Assembly (NCBI RefSeq): GCF_018977255.1
Contig: NW_024704742.1
Coordinates: 6,822,001-6,882,000, forward strand
Direction of reading: 5' to 3'
Length of the DNA: 60,000 nt
DNA from: Callorhinchus milii
Lineage: Eukaryota
In this document: positions 38,419 through 50,332 of the stretch, piece after piece
How the letters are laid out: every line of letters starts with the position of its first letter
Position numbering within the stretch: position 1 is the stretch's first letter
Notes under the pieces: generated by a model
Databases searched by the model: none
What the model was told of the DNA's origin: nothing
The model's input: only the letters and a program-made list of their open reading frames with translations
Translations under genes and position numbers: made by a program

Positions 38419-38599
38419 CTGACAACAGCGTTGGAACCTTCATCGGCGTCTGTGGAGTTGACGAGGAGGACGTCAGTTCCCGTGGGAGCATCCTCGGGGA
38501 TGGAGGCGTAAAAGGTATTGGAAGCGAACGTCGGAATGTTATCGTTGATGTCATCCACGATCAAGCTGATGGTACCCGTGCCGGTGAGGGCTGGGGACC
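38419..38599 (-). CDS. FAT4: FAT4 coding exon (cadherin repeat; 181 nt, phase 1 to 2)
   Basis: Acceptor ttctgttacag|GG, donor GTC AG|gtaaag. Translates GSPALTGTGTISLIVDDINDNIPTF...IPEDAPTGTDVLLVNSTDADEGSNAVV, with cadherin DxNDN, PE and DxD motifs. End phase matches the next exon. Confidence 0.96.
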
Positions 38600-40222
38600 C
38601 TGTAACAGAACAAAGAATGGAGGAGCAAAGTGAACGTGAGCCATCAGACTTCAACCATTACCTGTTCACCGATTCCCGCAGACATTCCTGTCCCTCGAAA
38701 GAACAGCTAAATCAGAATTAATTCCTTGAGAACTCTCCAGCAATTTTAACATGGAATGTGATTGCTTCAGGAAACCGGTGAGAGGTGTTGCTTTAGCTCG
38801 GAACAATTTATTCCTTTGAACCTAAACCGTGTAAAGTTGCTGTCGAACAAATCACTGCTGTTAAGTTGAATGATGCAGACTGTGCTTTTTAAGAGAATCA
38901 GTCAGCCCACGCCTTAACAAAATGTTAAAAAATATCAGACGCTCTTAAATATTTTTCAACTGTTTAAAAATGTATCACCTCATTTCTGAAATATTTCTAA
39001 GGCATCTGTAGAGCAACTTTCAAAACTGGCCGAATGCTAATTAATTTGCTAAAGAGTACGTACCGAACGTTTGCCCGAGTGTGCCATCAATCAACTAAGG
39101 AGCCATGGGAGTCTTGGGTAGCAACCACTGCATTTCTTTGCCTCTTCCCTTCTAAAACAAACCTCTCCTGTTACCCTGCACTTCATGCCTTTTCCAGCGC
39201 AGTCTGCAAGTTGACGACAGACCAACCAGTCGTCTGACTGGCAGGACCTGGAGAGGCAGACTGGGCATAGGGATTCTTCTCGCTCAGCTCCTGTTAACCC
39301 TGCAAGCCAAAGCCCTGATGGGTAGAGTGGTCCTAGCTGGACAAGCAGCAGGAAGCTTGCCAGACAATGGACGCAATGGCAATCTATGTGATTTTAGTTG
39401 GTTAAACTCCAGTAGTACTCAAACATACACTCTGAGGTCCCCGATTCGTGGCTCCTGCAAATCTGCGGCAAATACATTCAGGAAGTAGCCGAGCAGGTGT
39501 ATCAGGAGGACATTATAAAGCACTACACAAAATGCAAGGATTATTCTTCATGTGTAGAATTCAGTCTGGTTTCCATATTCAACTCAGTCTGCTTTGCATA
39601 CTCTTACATATGGCATCCAATGTGTCAGGATAGTTGACTGAACAAAAAAAAGTTCATAGCGTGAAGCAGTAACACAAAGATTGATATCTTTCAATACATC
39701 TTTTACATTAAATGCTGTATTCTGTTGCTTTTACAATACTTTTGGGCTCCATGCATAGAGAAACATGTATAAACTCTTCTCATCCCTTTACTCTTTTAAA
39801 CACGAAAGGACAAGGTGCAAGGAAATCCCGATGGCCTGGATTTTACATTTGGTAGCTGTTGAAAGCTTTTGGGGGAGGATGAGGGGAACTGTGCAGATTT
39901 TCTCTGCAGCAATCGCTCATAATAAAAATAATGATCCTTGCATTTGATATATAGCGCCTTTCATGTCTGGAGGACATCTCAAAGCGCTTCACAGGATACA
40001 CTGTAAAGTGCAGTGAACGTGTATTTTGTGGTCAAACACGGCAGCTAATTTGTGCACAGCCATACCTCACAAACAGACATGAAACGAGTGACTAATTTTA
40101 CCTGGGGGGAATTGTTGGCCAGAACAGCGCACACAGGGTGCTGCATTGGAATGTTAGGATAGCCTGTGAATTCAAAGTCCTAAGGTGGGGCTTGAATCCA
40201 CAACCTCTTTTCTAATGCAAGG

Positions 40223-40266
<44 letters not shown>
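40223..40266. repeat. (ATT)n microsatellite expanded from a SINE tail
   Basis: Follows aatgcaagg, the SINE 3' terminus. Confidence 0.95.
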
Positions 40267-40267
<1 letters not shown>

Positions 40268-40904
40268 GCTATTTCGAGACATGTTCCTGCTATAAATGCT
40301 TCTGGCAGTGTCAATGATAGCTTCAAATTGGCTACTTAACACTGTAATGAAAATTGTATTTAGAAATTGGAACTGAGTACATTTCCCACCACTTCGTTTT
40401 TGGTATAACTGGATTTTAATGACTCTTGTGGTAACTATTACCAGTAATCATTAATAGTGACTTGAAAACAACAATCTGGTGGTAATTCTCCCTCTAAAAA
40501 ACATTAGATCTGCTCATAGGAAAATCCAGCCAGTGAATTCAAGCTGACTAATTGAACACACACTGTTCCACTCACAAATCTGATAATTTCATGCTACAAG
40601 CAACAAGCCATATTTTCATTTAACTATGCATTGTACGTTTGTCTACAAAACTACACAGTCATTAAATTTTACGGTAAATCCTATAAAGTGCTATTGAGAC
40701 GTTTTAAGGGACTATATCAAACGCAAGGATATTATTATTCATGTCATTTTATTGCGTCTGCTGAGAGACAAGCCTTGGACACTGCTCCAACATTACTCCT
40801 GTACTTCCAGCCGTTGTGATGAATGTCCTCCTTTTTGAAGAGATTCTTCCATCGCAACCTAGGCTTCTTGGGAGTTGTAACTGCCAACTCAAGTTTATTA
40901 ATCA

Positions 40905-41310
40905 TAATTATAATAATAAACCTTGCATCTGATAGAGCATCTATGAAGTCAAAATGTCTCAAAGTAATTAATGTTAAGTGCAGTGAGTATGTATTTTGTA
41001 GGCAAAAACAGCTGTAAATTTGTCCCACAAACAAGACAGGAGGTTAGTGACTAAGTTATCTAGGGAAATATTGTCCAGGACACTGGGTGAAACTTGTTTT
41101 TTTCAAACAGTGCCACAAGATCTGAACAGGCAGATAGACCTCTGCTGAATGTCTCACCAGAGGACAGCATCTCCGACAACAGAACACGCCATCCAACACT
41201 GTACACGGAATTCAGCTTCCACCCTGACTTGAAAATGCTGTCAGAAGTTTGAATCCACAAACTTCTGACCCAGAGGCGAGAGTGCTATCAACCGAATCAT
41301 GCTGACACTT
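40905..41310 (-). mobile_element. DeuSINE-type element, family B
   Basis: ttgaatccacaaacttctgacccagaggcgagagtgctatcaac...gctgacac plus tail. Confidence 0.72.
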
Positions 41311-43269
41311 ATTGTCATCAACAGATGGATGAAAACCATCAGAAAATAAAGCATTGACTGTCCAGCAAAGATTGAGATACGTCGCTCTTCAAGTAGAGGT
41401 CAGTATTTGAGTCTGTCATTTGCCCATTCCATTATGCCATGGCTACTGACAGCTTCTAATAATTGTCGATTTTGAATGGAATTCCTTAGCCAAGGAAAGG
41501 TACATCATGCCGTTTATGGGAATTCTGCTCTGGTGCAACCTACTTTTGGAGCAGAGTCGGTTGACATACCTCTACTTTAGCGGAAAGAATCCCCAATTGG
41601 AGACAAAACTTATTAAGGAGTAGAGACTACCAATTGTGTTAATACATCCTGCATATTATGCCACAAAACCTTTCATCCTTTTGTACCCAGAGAAACAGAT
41701 CTATAGATGTAAGCAAAGAAGTGCCTTAATGCCATAACTGTGTACAGTACACAACATGCTGGATGATGAAAATCATTAAGTCATTATATCTAAGTCTTCT
41801 CTGAAAGAATATCAATTCACAGAGGAAATGCTGATCACTGTGGGGCCCCTGTGTAAATTGTGCCCAGATTACTGAGTCTTTCCAATCAATCTGATTCAGC
41901 CTGTTACACCCCACAGTATTATCAAGGGGAATGTTAAAAAACAAAGCAGCAGATCTGGAGCCAATTGCAATTTATAGTGAGGTCTTTATTCTCGCTGAGC
42001 CAACAATGTGTCATAATTGGTCATTTATTGGTGCTGACATGATGGTGTCACACCAGGTTAATCTGCTGAAAAATAGTACTATGATGTAGTTGGTCAGTCT
42101 GTACGGTTGAGCCAATGGTTTGCAATGGTTCTTAATGTATTGCTTACAGAAAACAGAATCATCTGAAAGTCTAACTAGATGTCTGTCTTTATCCAACATA
42201 ACCCTGCATTGCCAGCACATAAGGAACACAATCATGCCTGTCACTGATCTCAATGCCATGTGTAGTAACACATGCACGCACATGTACTGAGGGAGAAGGT
42301 TGGCGAGAGCGGAAACTCAGGCATATCCTATTAATTGCTTTTGGCATTATATGAAGCCACAACACGGGTGCCTTTGCCCAATCCTCATTTCTGGATATAA
42401 AAGCCATCATCACAGAACTATGAATGACCAGGCATCATTGTGCATTTCAGTTTTGGAAAGCGTTTGGAGATCCAGAGTGTGGGGGCAGAGATGCTGAATG
42501 CCCGACCGTCAACGGTGGGGCGGGAAGCGCGGAGGACCCGAAGCAGGACGGTGTCCGCCGAGTGGACGGAGCGGACCGGCTGACATGGGGTTAGGAGATA
42601 GGAGAGGTAGGGGGCCAAGACCATGGAGGGCTTTGAAGATGTCTGTTTAATTAACCCTGTAATCTGGTTCACTACTATAGAAAAGGAACACACTTGCGCA
42701 GACATTGCAGCAGCGTATTCATTCTGCTGTACTAATTTTAGAAATTCCTCATTGAACTGATCTCCGTGGGAGATAATGCCACAGTTTATCAAAGACAAAT
42801 CTCGCTGACTAGCAGTTTTCTGACATGAGAATTGTCATCCTACTGAGGCGTAGGCAGTGCCATAAAAATCACACAGCATCGTCAATTTTGGTAGAAAGAA
42901 TTGCAAAACACAATGTTTAGATTATCAGATTTTTTTAGTACGCTGGATTGTGGGGAATACATAAAAGTTCAGTTTAAACCATCGCTGTATGTTTCTGATT
43001 AACTTTGAAAAGTATTTCAAACAGATGTGCTACGAAATAATGAAACGTATGTCCACTCTCTCTCAGTGCATCAACAGATATCTTAGAGGATCTGTTTACA
43101 TGTTGCAATGATTCCAAAGATTTATAGGGATTATATACCTCTTGTGCCCAGTTGACTAAGACATGGTTGGCTAACTCTTCTCTCATTACAGCAGATCCTT
43201 AGCAAGCAAAAGGAATGGTCAAATCAAGCAAGTAGACTTGGCTAGCTAGACAACTCAGCTTCAGAATAT

Positions 43270-43650
43270 AGAATCTCACTTCTGAGTCAGAAGGTTGTGG
43301 GTTCAAGTCCGCCATCGGGACTGGGAACCCATACAGTATTTACTGCATTAGATTCAGTGGCTCATGCAGAAAAATACCAGTGCAGATGCTGTCCTTTGAA
43401 GTAGAAGTTAAACCAAAGTCTTGCCTGCCTGTTCATGTAGAGTTAAAGATCCCACGGCGTTGTTCGAAAATAGAAAGAATTTATCCTGGTGTTATCTTGG
43501 CCAACAATCCCCCAAATAAAGTTGGTCACACATTGCACGGCTGTTTGTGGGACACCGGTGTGTGAGAATTGGCTGCTGGGTTCACCCACAAAATCTAAAG
43601 AGTTACATCATTTTACACTTTATCCTGTGAAGGATGTTGTGATGCCGTGA
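43270..43650 (+). mobile_element. DeuSINE-type element, family B, carrying a 35-nt foreign patch
   Basis: tctgagtcagaaggttgtgggttcaagtcc, aaagatcccacggc, ttggccaacaatcccc. Confidence 0.75.
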
Positions 43651-44084
43651 TAAAGTGCAATGTACAAGTTTACATTGATGTAGTGCCCTTCACATTGGGA
43701 GGACATCCTACAGTGCTGAATAGTCCAAGGTTTAGCAACCGAGCTGGGGACTGCGGGAGGGGGGGGAAATGGCTAAAAGCGTGGCCAATGAGAGAGGTCT
43801 TGAAGGCGGTCCTTCAAGAAGGCGTTGGGAGGGGCAAACGCAAGGATTATCAAATGCAAGCTTCATTATTATTATATAACTGGCCAAAATTGCCCCTTTT
43901 TGCCTCCCAACCAAGCTGCCATCTGATATTCAAAACAACGGTTTTTGAGGTAGCTTTTAAGAGTGGAGAGTAGAATTATGTACGTTACAGCACAGAAGCT
44001 ATTTGCCCTATCAACACTGGTATTTTTCTGCATGAGCCACCGAATCTAAATCCACTCTTGTGCTCGCTCAAGAGCGGGGATTAG

Positions 44085-44918
44085 ATTCTTGCCACTCGCA
44101 GTACAGAAACAGCTTTGGTCAAAGTGACAAATGACACTTTGCCCATCTTCGACCAGGACTCTCTCTGCCGCCTCGTCTTCCTTGACCTCTCTGCTGTTCC
44201 TCGATACCGATCAGCTGGCAGGCTGTGCAACATTCTCAAGCTCACTCGAAATGCAAGGATTATTTTATTTATATCCAATAGGTGCTGCTCTGGGAACCTC
44301 ACTACAGTAAAACTCACATAAATCTGATCTGTGTAAATCTTATAATCGCCCAAGTCGTACTTGAGAGAGTCAAGAGTGTCACCTGATGGCGAGGGGGTAG
44401 GGAATGCCTGGTCACGTGGTGAGCAAAAGCGATCCATCACCACGTATTATGAATGGGAATTCTGCCCATTCATGTCAAGACCTGGGATGAGAGCCAACTT
44501 TCTACAGTTTAACGTCAGAAAGACCGAGGCTCTCCTGATCGGCTCGCGCCAACGCCTCAGCACCTCAGGCACTGGAGGCATCAGCCTCCAAGGATGCACA
44601 CTCCACTTCACCAAGCCAGTCAGGAACCTAGGCGTCTTGTTCGACCCTCAACTGTCCTTTCCCCCCCTGCATCCGTGTTATGACCCACTCTGCCTTCCCC
44701 CATCTGCGCAACGTTACCTGACTCCGCCACTGCCTCACCTCTCAGGCCACCGAAACCCTGATACACACCCTCGTTACAACCAGACTCGACTAAGCCAACG
44801 CCCTGCTGGTCAGCCTTCCCAACATTTCCCTCCACAAGCTGCACATCATCCAGAACGCTGCAGCTTGTGTCCTCTCCCTCACCAGGCTCCGTGACCCCAT
44901 CACACCCACCCTCACCCA
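44085..44918 (+). mobile_element. L2 reverse transcriptase fragments in two pieces (about 44085-44200 and 44480-44918)
   Basis: STETALVKVTND...LVFLDLSA; then NFLQFNVRKTEALLIG, VRNLGVLFDPQLSF and TRLD. Confidence 0.85.
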
Positions 44919-45017
44919 TATAAGATACGACTTATGTAAGTTTGACATAATTCATACTTTGCATAAGTCATATTAAATGTATGGTCCCAACTGATACGAC
45001 TTATTTGAGGTTTACTG
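44305..45017. mobile_element. Possible Tc1/mariner (pogo/Tigger-like) non-autonomous element ends
   Basis: TA|cagtaaaactcacataaatctgatc ... gatacgacttatttgaggtttactg|TA; 20 of 25 positions match as inverted repeats, each end flanked by TA. Confidence 0.5.
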
Positions 45018-45142
45018 TATAAGATACGACCCTAGGGACAAGTTCCTGTAGAAACATGAGCATTATTTGCCTCAGCTAAACAAGACTTTTTTATAAAGTC
45101 CTTTTTATCGGGGGAGTGAGGGAGAAATAATTTGAACATAAA

Positions 45143-45365
45143 CAACAACAAGATTACAATTGTATAATGCCTTTCACGTCGGGAGGACGTTCCAAGGCGC
45201 TGGACAGTGTACAGCATTTCAGACCCGAGCTGGGGTCGGCGGGGGGAGAAGGGAGGGGAGGGGGGGTGACCGATGGCATGGTCGAAGAGGAGGGTCTTGA
45301 GGCGGGACTTGAAGGAGGCTAAGGAAAGGGCGAGGCGGAGTGGTTGGGGGATGGAATTCCAGAGA
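45143..45365 (-). mobile_element. L2 LINE 3' end
   Basis: aacaacaacaag...cctttcacgtcgggaggacgttccaaggcgctg is the reverse complement of the L2 tail. Confidence 0.8.
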
Positions 45366-46314
45366 GTAAAGTACTCCCTATCGACTTTTCTTCCCCTTTA
45401 AGAGAGAATTGGTCGCTAGAAAATGCTTCACAAACCGCTGATAATTCTGAAGTTAGCATGATCAAAATTATGATAATGATAATAATAATCCTTGCATTTG
45501 ATATAGCATCTTATTATACCGACAAAACATCTCAAAGAGCTTCACAAGATTCACTGTAGAGTGCAGTGACTGTGTACTTTCAAGGGCAATGTGGCAACTT
45601 ATTTGTCCCACACAGTAATGTCCCACAAACAGCTGTGAAGTAAATGACCAACATTACTTCAGCATCCTCCGCACATGGGAACATATGTGAACCTTCTCAG
45701 TGGGCCGCAGCCTCAGGGCAATCATTAATTTATTCTAAAACGTAAACAGCAGAAGCCGAAGCACTGATCCTTCCTCAACTCTGACCCCCTGAAGCCTTGA
45801 GGTGGGATTCTCCAATGATGCTAATTGAACCCAAAAACCTTTGTATGATTTGAACTGATCCATTGTTTCAACACAAAGATCAAAACCGAAACGTGCATTC
45901 CCAGATGACAAGTTCCTGGTCTTAGTCCTTCAGGGTAAGGGTCTGGGCACAGTCCAGCCAATTCTCAGCAGGAAGGAGGAGGAAATCAGGAGGTTTCATT
46001 TTGTGCTGCACGTGCACATCACTCAGCAGATGGTTATACATCAGCAGTCAGGCATAAAATGTGACCATGTATTGTATCAGCAGGCAACTTCTTCTGACTC
46101 AAGAAAAGGAACAAAGAGATTCTTAGGAAGTGCAAAATGAATGGTGACGCAGTCTGTTTTGTGCTGAGAGAGCCTGGATGTGCGGGAGTCCCCTAAGTCT
46201 CTGGCATTGGTGAACTCAGGCACCTGTTCGATTTTCATTTGGTCAGCCAGGTGTCTGACATGCGTGGAAACCCTTCACTATTCTTAAGAGAGACTTGCAA
46301 TTGCACATGTGCAT

Positions 46315-46872
46315 GATAATAATATAATAATAATCCTCGCATTCGATAATAATAATAATAATAATAATCCTTGCATTTGATATAGCGCTTTTCACGTCGG
46401 GAGGACATCCCAAAGCGCTTCACAGAACACACTGTAAAGTGAATTGACTGTATAGTTGTGGGCGAACGCGGCAGCCAATTGCGCACAGCAATGTCCCACA
46501 AACAGTCGTAGATTGAAAATGACCAATTTATTATTGTTTTTGGTTTTGGAGGGATTATTATTAGGCGTGTAGCACCTTATCATTATAATAATCTTTTCAT
46601 TTGACATAGCGCCTTATCACGTCTTCGAGACGTTTCAAAGCGCTTCAGAGAATATCCTGTGAAATGAACTGACTGTATATTTTGTGGGCGAAACGCGGCA
46701 GCCAATTGCGCACAGCAGCGTCCCACAAACAGTCGTGGATTGAGTGACCAAATTATTATTATTTATTTATTTATTTTCAAGGGATTATTATTCCGGAAAA
46801 GCGATCCAACTAACAACCTACTTACTGCTAGGTGAACAGAGGCGTGTGAAGTAAGGAAACTTGCCCAATGTT
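46315..46872 (-). mobile_element. Stack of SINE family A copies and tails
   Basis: Three successive (AAT)n-cc..gcatt tail starts; bodies at about 46350-46562 and 46585-46872. Confidence 0.85.
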
Positions 46873-47357
46873 TCGTTGCCCAACAATCATGTTGTTGAAA
46901 TGCTTAGATTTCAGGGTTAGCAATCGCTGAGTGACAAGAAACAGTGACCAGTTCAACTCTTCAAGTTCGACGAATGAGCCAAGTTGGCTGGACTGTCATC
47001 AGCGGACCCTGGAGTACTATGGACTCGCAATTCTCAGTGGGTTACAGACTTGGTGAGATCATTGCTTTCCGATTCATTTTTTTTAAAACAATGGCACCGC
47101 AAAATAACTACTGTGCCCAACAAATGCAGTTCCTATCCATTCCCAAAGCTTCTGCTGACCCACCACAATGACACATCTCACAAGACTGCCACACATGGAC
47201 AGAAGTGAAGTCCCGTATTTAGAAGAGGGAGAGGGAAGCACGGGAAAGCAGTCTTGTGGCAGGTCCGTACAATACAATACAATAAAGTAAGACACTTGCA
47301 TGCTGCACGTGTTTTGTAGATAACAGAAAAGATTCAACAACTTTCAACAGAGCTTGT

Positions 47358-47728
47358 GGAGTCATGTCGCTCAATGGTTAGATCATTTACCTCCCAAGCG
47401 AGAGACCTGGGTTCGATTCCAGGCAGGGCAAAATGTTGGGCAAGTTTCCTTACACCACATGCCTCTGTTTACCAAGCAGTAAGTATGAACCCAGCTGTTA
47501 AGTCGATTGGCAGATCGCTTTTCCTGGGGTAATAATTCCTTCAAAAAAATATTAAATTGGTCACTTAATCCACGACTGTTCATGGGACGCTGCTGTAAGC
47601 AATTGGCTGCCCCGTTTTGCCCCAAAAATATACAATTAATTCACTTTACAGTATATTGTGTGAAGTGCTTTGAGAAGTCTCGAAGACGTGATAAGGCAAT
47701 ATATCAAATGCAAGAATTATTATCATTA
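47358..47728 (+). mobile_element. Full-length SINE, family A
   Basis: A box tcgctcaatgg, B box ggttcgattcc, body gggcaagtttcctt...gcctctgtttaccaagcagtaagt, tail gataaggcaatatatcaaatgcaag(att)n. Confidence 0.88.
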
Positions 47729-49200
47729 TAAGTTTCTGCATTGTAACAATGATAAAACAGGGGATGGTTTCTTGGGATTTCCATCTCCAACAAGGTACCT
47801 TGGTGCCTTTGGCAAGCTGTTAACACTTGCTTCTGTTGTCTGTGGTGGATAGAGATAGATTAGGGCCTTGCGTCCAGTGCAGATTTCTCAATATCTGTTC
47901 CCATATTTGAGCCCAAAGGCTATACATTTTCCATGAGGTTTTGCAATACATGTGGATTTTTTAAAAATTAAAACGGGCTAATTTATTCTTGCAGTAAAAA
48001 GTCTAGAATTTACTGCAGTCGTAAGTCACTGAATTCACCAGGTCAGGCAGCTGCAGTATCACTGTTTCTAATTGGGTTATTGTCAGGATTCAAATAACTA
48101 GACTTGGGGTTCTTCCTCTGCACAATTACAACACTGCTTCTGGAGTCACCTGGACCACTAAATCTTTCTGGCAAACCGTAGCCGGCAAACTGCAACCATT
48201 CAGTCTCATTCTGCTTTATAACCGTGTTTATGTTCCAACAGCTGCAATATCTTTCTTTCTGTTTGGTGATTTATTCTTGTTACTGTTGGAAACTTCTGCC
48301 CTGGTCAAGCTCACGCTATGCAGAATAAAGCAGCGAGCGGTGTGACTGTGTCCCGCGCTTGCGGAGGGTTCCATCGTTGCTGGCAGTGGAGCGCGATTTG
48401 CTTTCAATGCAATTTGAAACCAAGAGTGAGTTATGGTCTCCAACACGTGGGATCCATTATGTGCCTGTCGCTACAAAAGCGCTGATTTCAGTACCAATTC
48501 ATAATGGGATTTTGATACACGTACAGAAGGTTTTTTTTTAAGCAATCATACATTGATCATCTATGATCAACCTCATTGTCCTTCTCATGCTTTAATTCTG
48601 AAGGGTCGTACTTACATCTGCTGTTGTTTCCAAGAGCTTCCACACGACATGCTTCGGATTACCCCCAGGAGATGGGTGGTGGGGAGTTGCTGGGCGATTT
48701 TCTGCTTGTCAGTTTATGGGAATTTTCCCCATCACAGACACGCACACCACCAAGGTTGGTAAATTTGTTGACAAGCAGAAAGTTGACCCCTTGGGTCTTT
48801 TACCAGTATACATTACTTCCTTGGTAGACGTGAATGATTCAATCTCAGTTAGGGATTGTGTGAGTCAATGCCAGTGCTCTCAGACTGTAAAGTGAGTATG
48901 TGGTACGTCTTGACAGAGCAGCTAACATTTGAGACGAGCTCTGCTGATAATGGAAGAGTTGGCATTCAATTATATTGTACCATTACTTCATCTGTAATTT
49001 AATAGCCCAACACATTGATGGATCCGAGGTCACCGGGCCCCAACCAACACTATCAAATATAAAGCGATGCCGTTTTTAAAACAAAATATGGTAAGGAAAT
49101 CCTTTGCTTTAAATTGAGACGCAAAGGTGAAGGGTCATGTGCTCAGTGCAGGGTATCACCCCTGCACAAGTCTGATTGACATTTACTTGGAACCGATCTG

Positions 49201-49390
49201 AGGTCTGAAATTCCACCTGGTCCTAGCCATTATAACCATGTTGTCTTGACATTTAAGTTGGAGGAGAATGGAGTCTGAATTTGCGAGTCAGTTTTCTGCA
49301 TTTCTTAAAAAGAAATGGCTTCCAAGTTAAGACTGAATTGACAATTCTGCAGAAGTTTTGAAGTTCAAGACATTGTGGAATTTTGAGCCT
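49201..49390. mobile_element. MITE-like element with imperfect terminal inverted repeats
   Basis: aggtctgaaattccac ... gtggaattttgagcct; related ends at 27061-27207, 58919, 10350 and 12003. Confidence 0.5.
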
Positions 49391-49437
49391 TTGGTAGGGA
49401 CGTTGGCAATGCTGCTATTATTTGTAATGGACCTCAT

Positions 49438-49808
49438 ATAATAATAATCCTCGCATTTGATATAGCGCCTTATCGCATATTCGAGCCGTCGCAAAGCGCT
49501 TCACAGAATATACTGTAAAGTGTATTGACCGTATATTTTATGGGCAAAATTGCCAATTGCGCACAGCAGCGTCCCACAAACACTCATGGATTGAGTGACT
49601 AATGTTTTTAATTCTTTTTTGAAGGAATTATTACCCCTGGAAAAGTGATCCGTCAATCGACTAACAACCCGCTTCCTACTTATTGCTAGGTAAACAAGAG
49701 GCGTGTGGAGTAAGGAAACTTGCCCAACATTTTGCCTGGCTTGGGGAATCGAACCCAGGTCCTCTCGCTTGCAAGACGAGTGCGCTCGCCACTGAGCTAC
49801 AGGACTTC
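49438..49808 (-). mobile_element. Full-length SINE, family A
   Basis: Reverse complement gaagtcctgtagctcagtgg...ggttcgattcccc; same body and tail. Confidence 0.88.
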
Positions 49809-49919
49809 ATATGTTACTCCATACGTTAATTCAAATCCAAACTCACACCACCGGCCCAGTCAGCATGACTCATAATAATTCTGCGAACGATATTGTGGGA
49901 TATGTATACATGCTGCAAT

Positions 49920-50332
49920 TAAAAATAATAATCCTTGCATTTAATATTGTGCGTTACAACATCATTGAGACGTCTCAAAGAGCTTCACAGGATTTTACTG
50001 TAAAGTGTAGTCATCGCATACTTGTAGGCAAATAAGCAAATAAGCCAGCCAATTTGTGGACAGCAAGTCCCACAGACAGCCATGAAGTGAATGACCAATT
50101 TTATCCAGAGAATCGTTGGCTAGGTCCAACAATAAACTCCCTTCTCTTTTCGAAGAGTGGCACAGGATCTTTCTTGCCCATTTGAACAGACAGACGGACC
50201 TCGGTTTAATGTCACATCCAAAAGACATCACATCCAAACACGAAGCGCTCCCGAGCACTGTAATGGAGTGTCAGCCTAGAGTATGAGTTCAAGTCCCAAC
50301 GTGGGGCTTGAACCCAGCACTTTATGACTCAA
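49920..50332 (-). mobile_element. DeuSINE-type element, family B
   Basis: gacctcggtttaatgtcacatcc and ggggcttgaaccc in reverse orientation, with tail. Confidence 0.78.

Noticed and set aside
49730..49808. tRNA-like sequences (also about 200-277, 18800-18876, 28260-28337, 47358-47430)
   Set aside because: They are SINE heads: each is fused to the same SINE body and each carries different substitutions.
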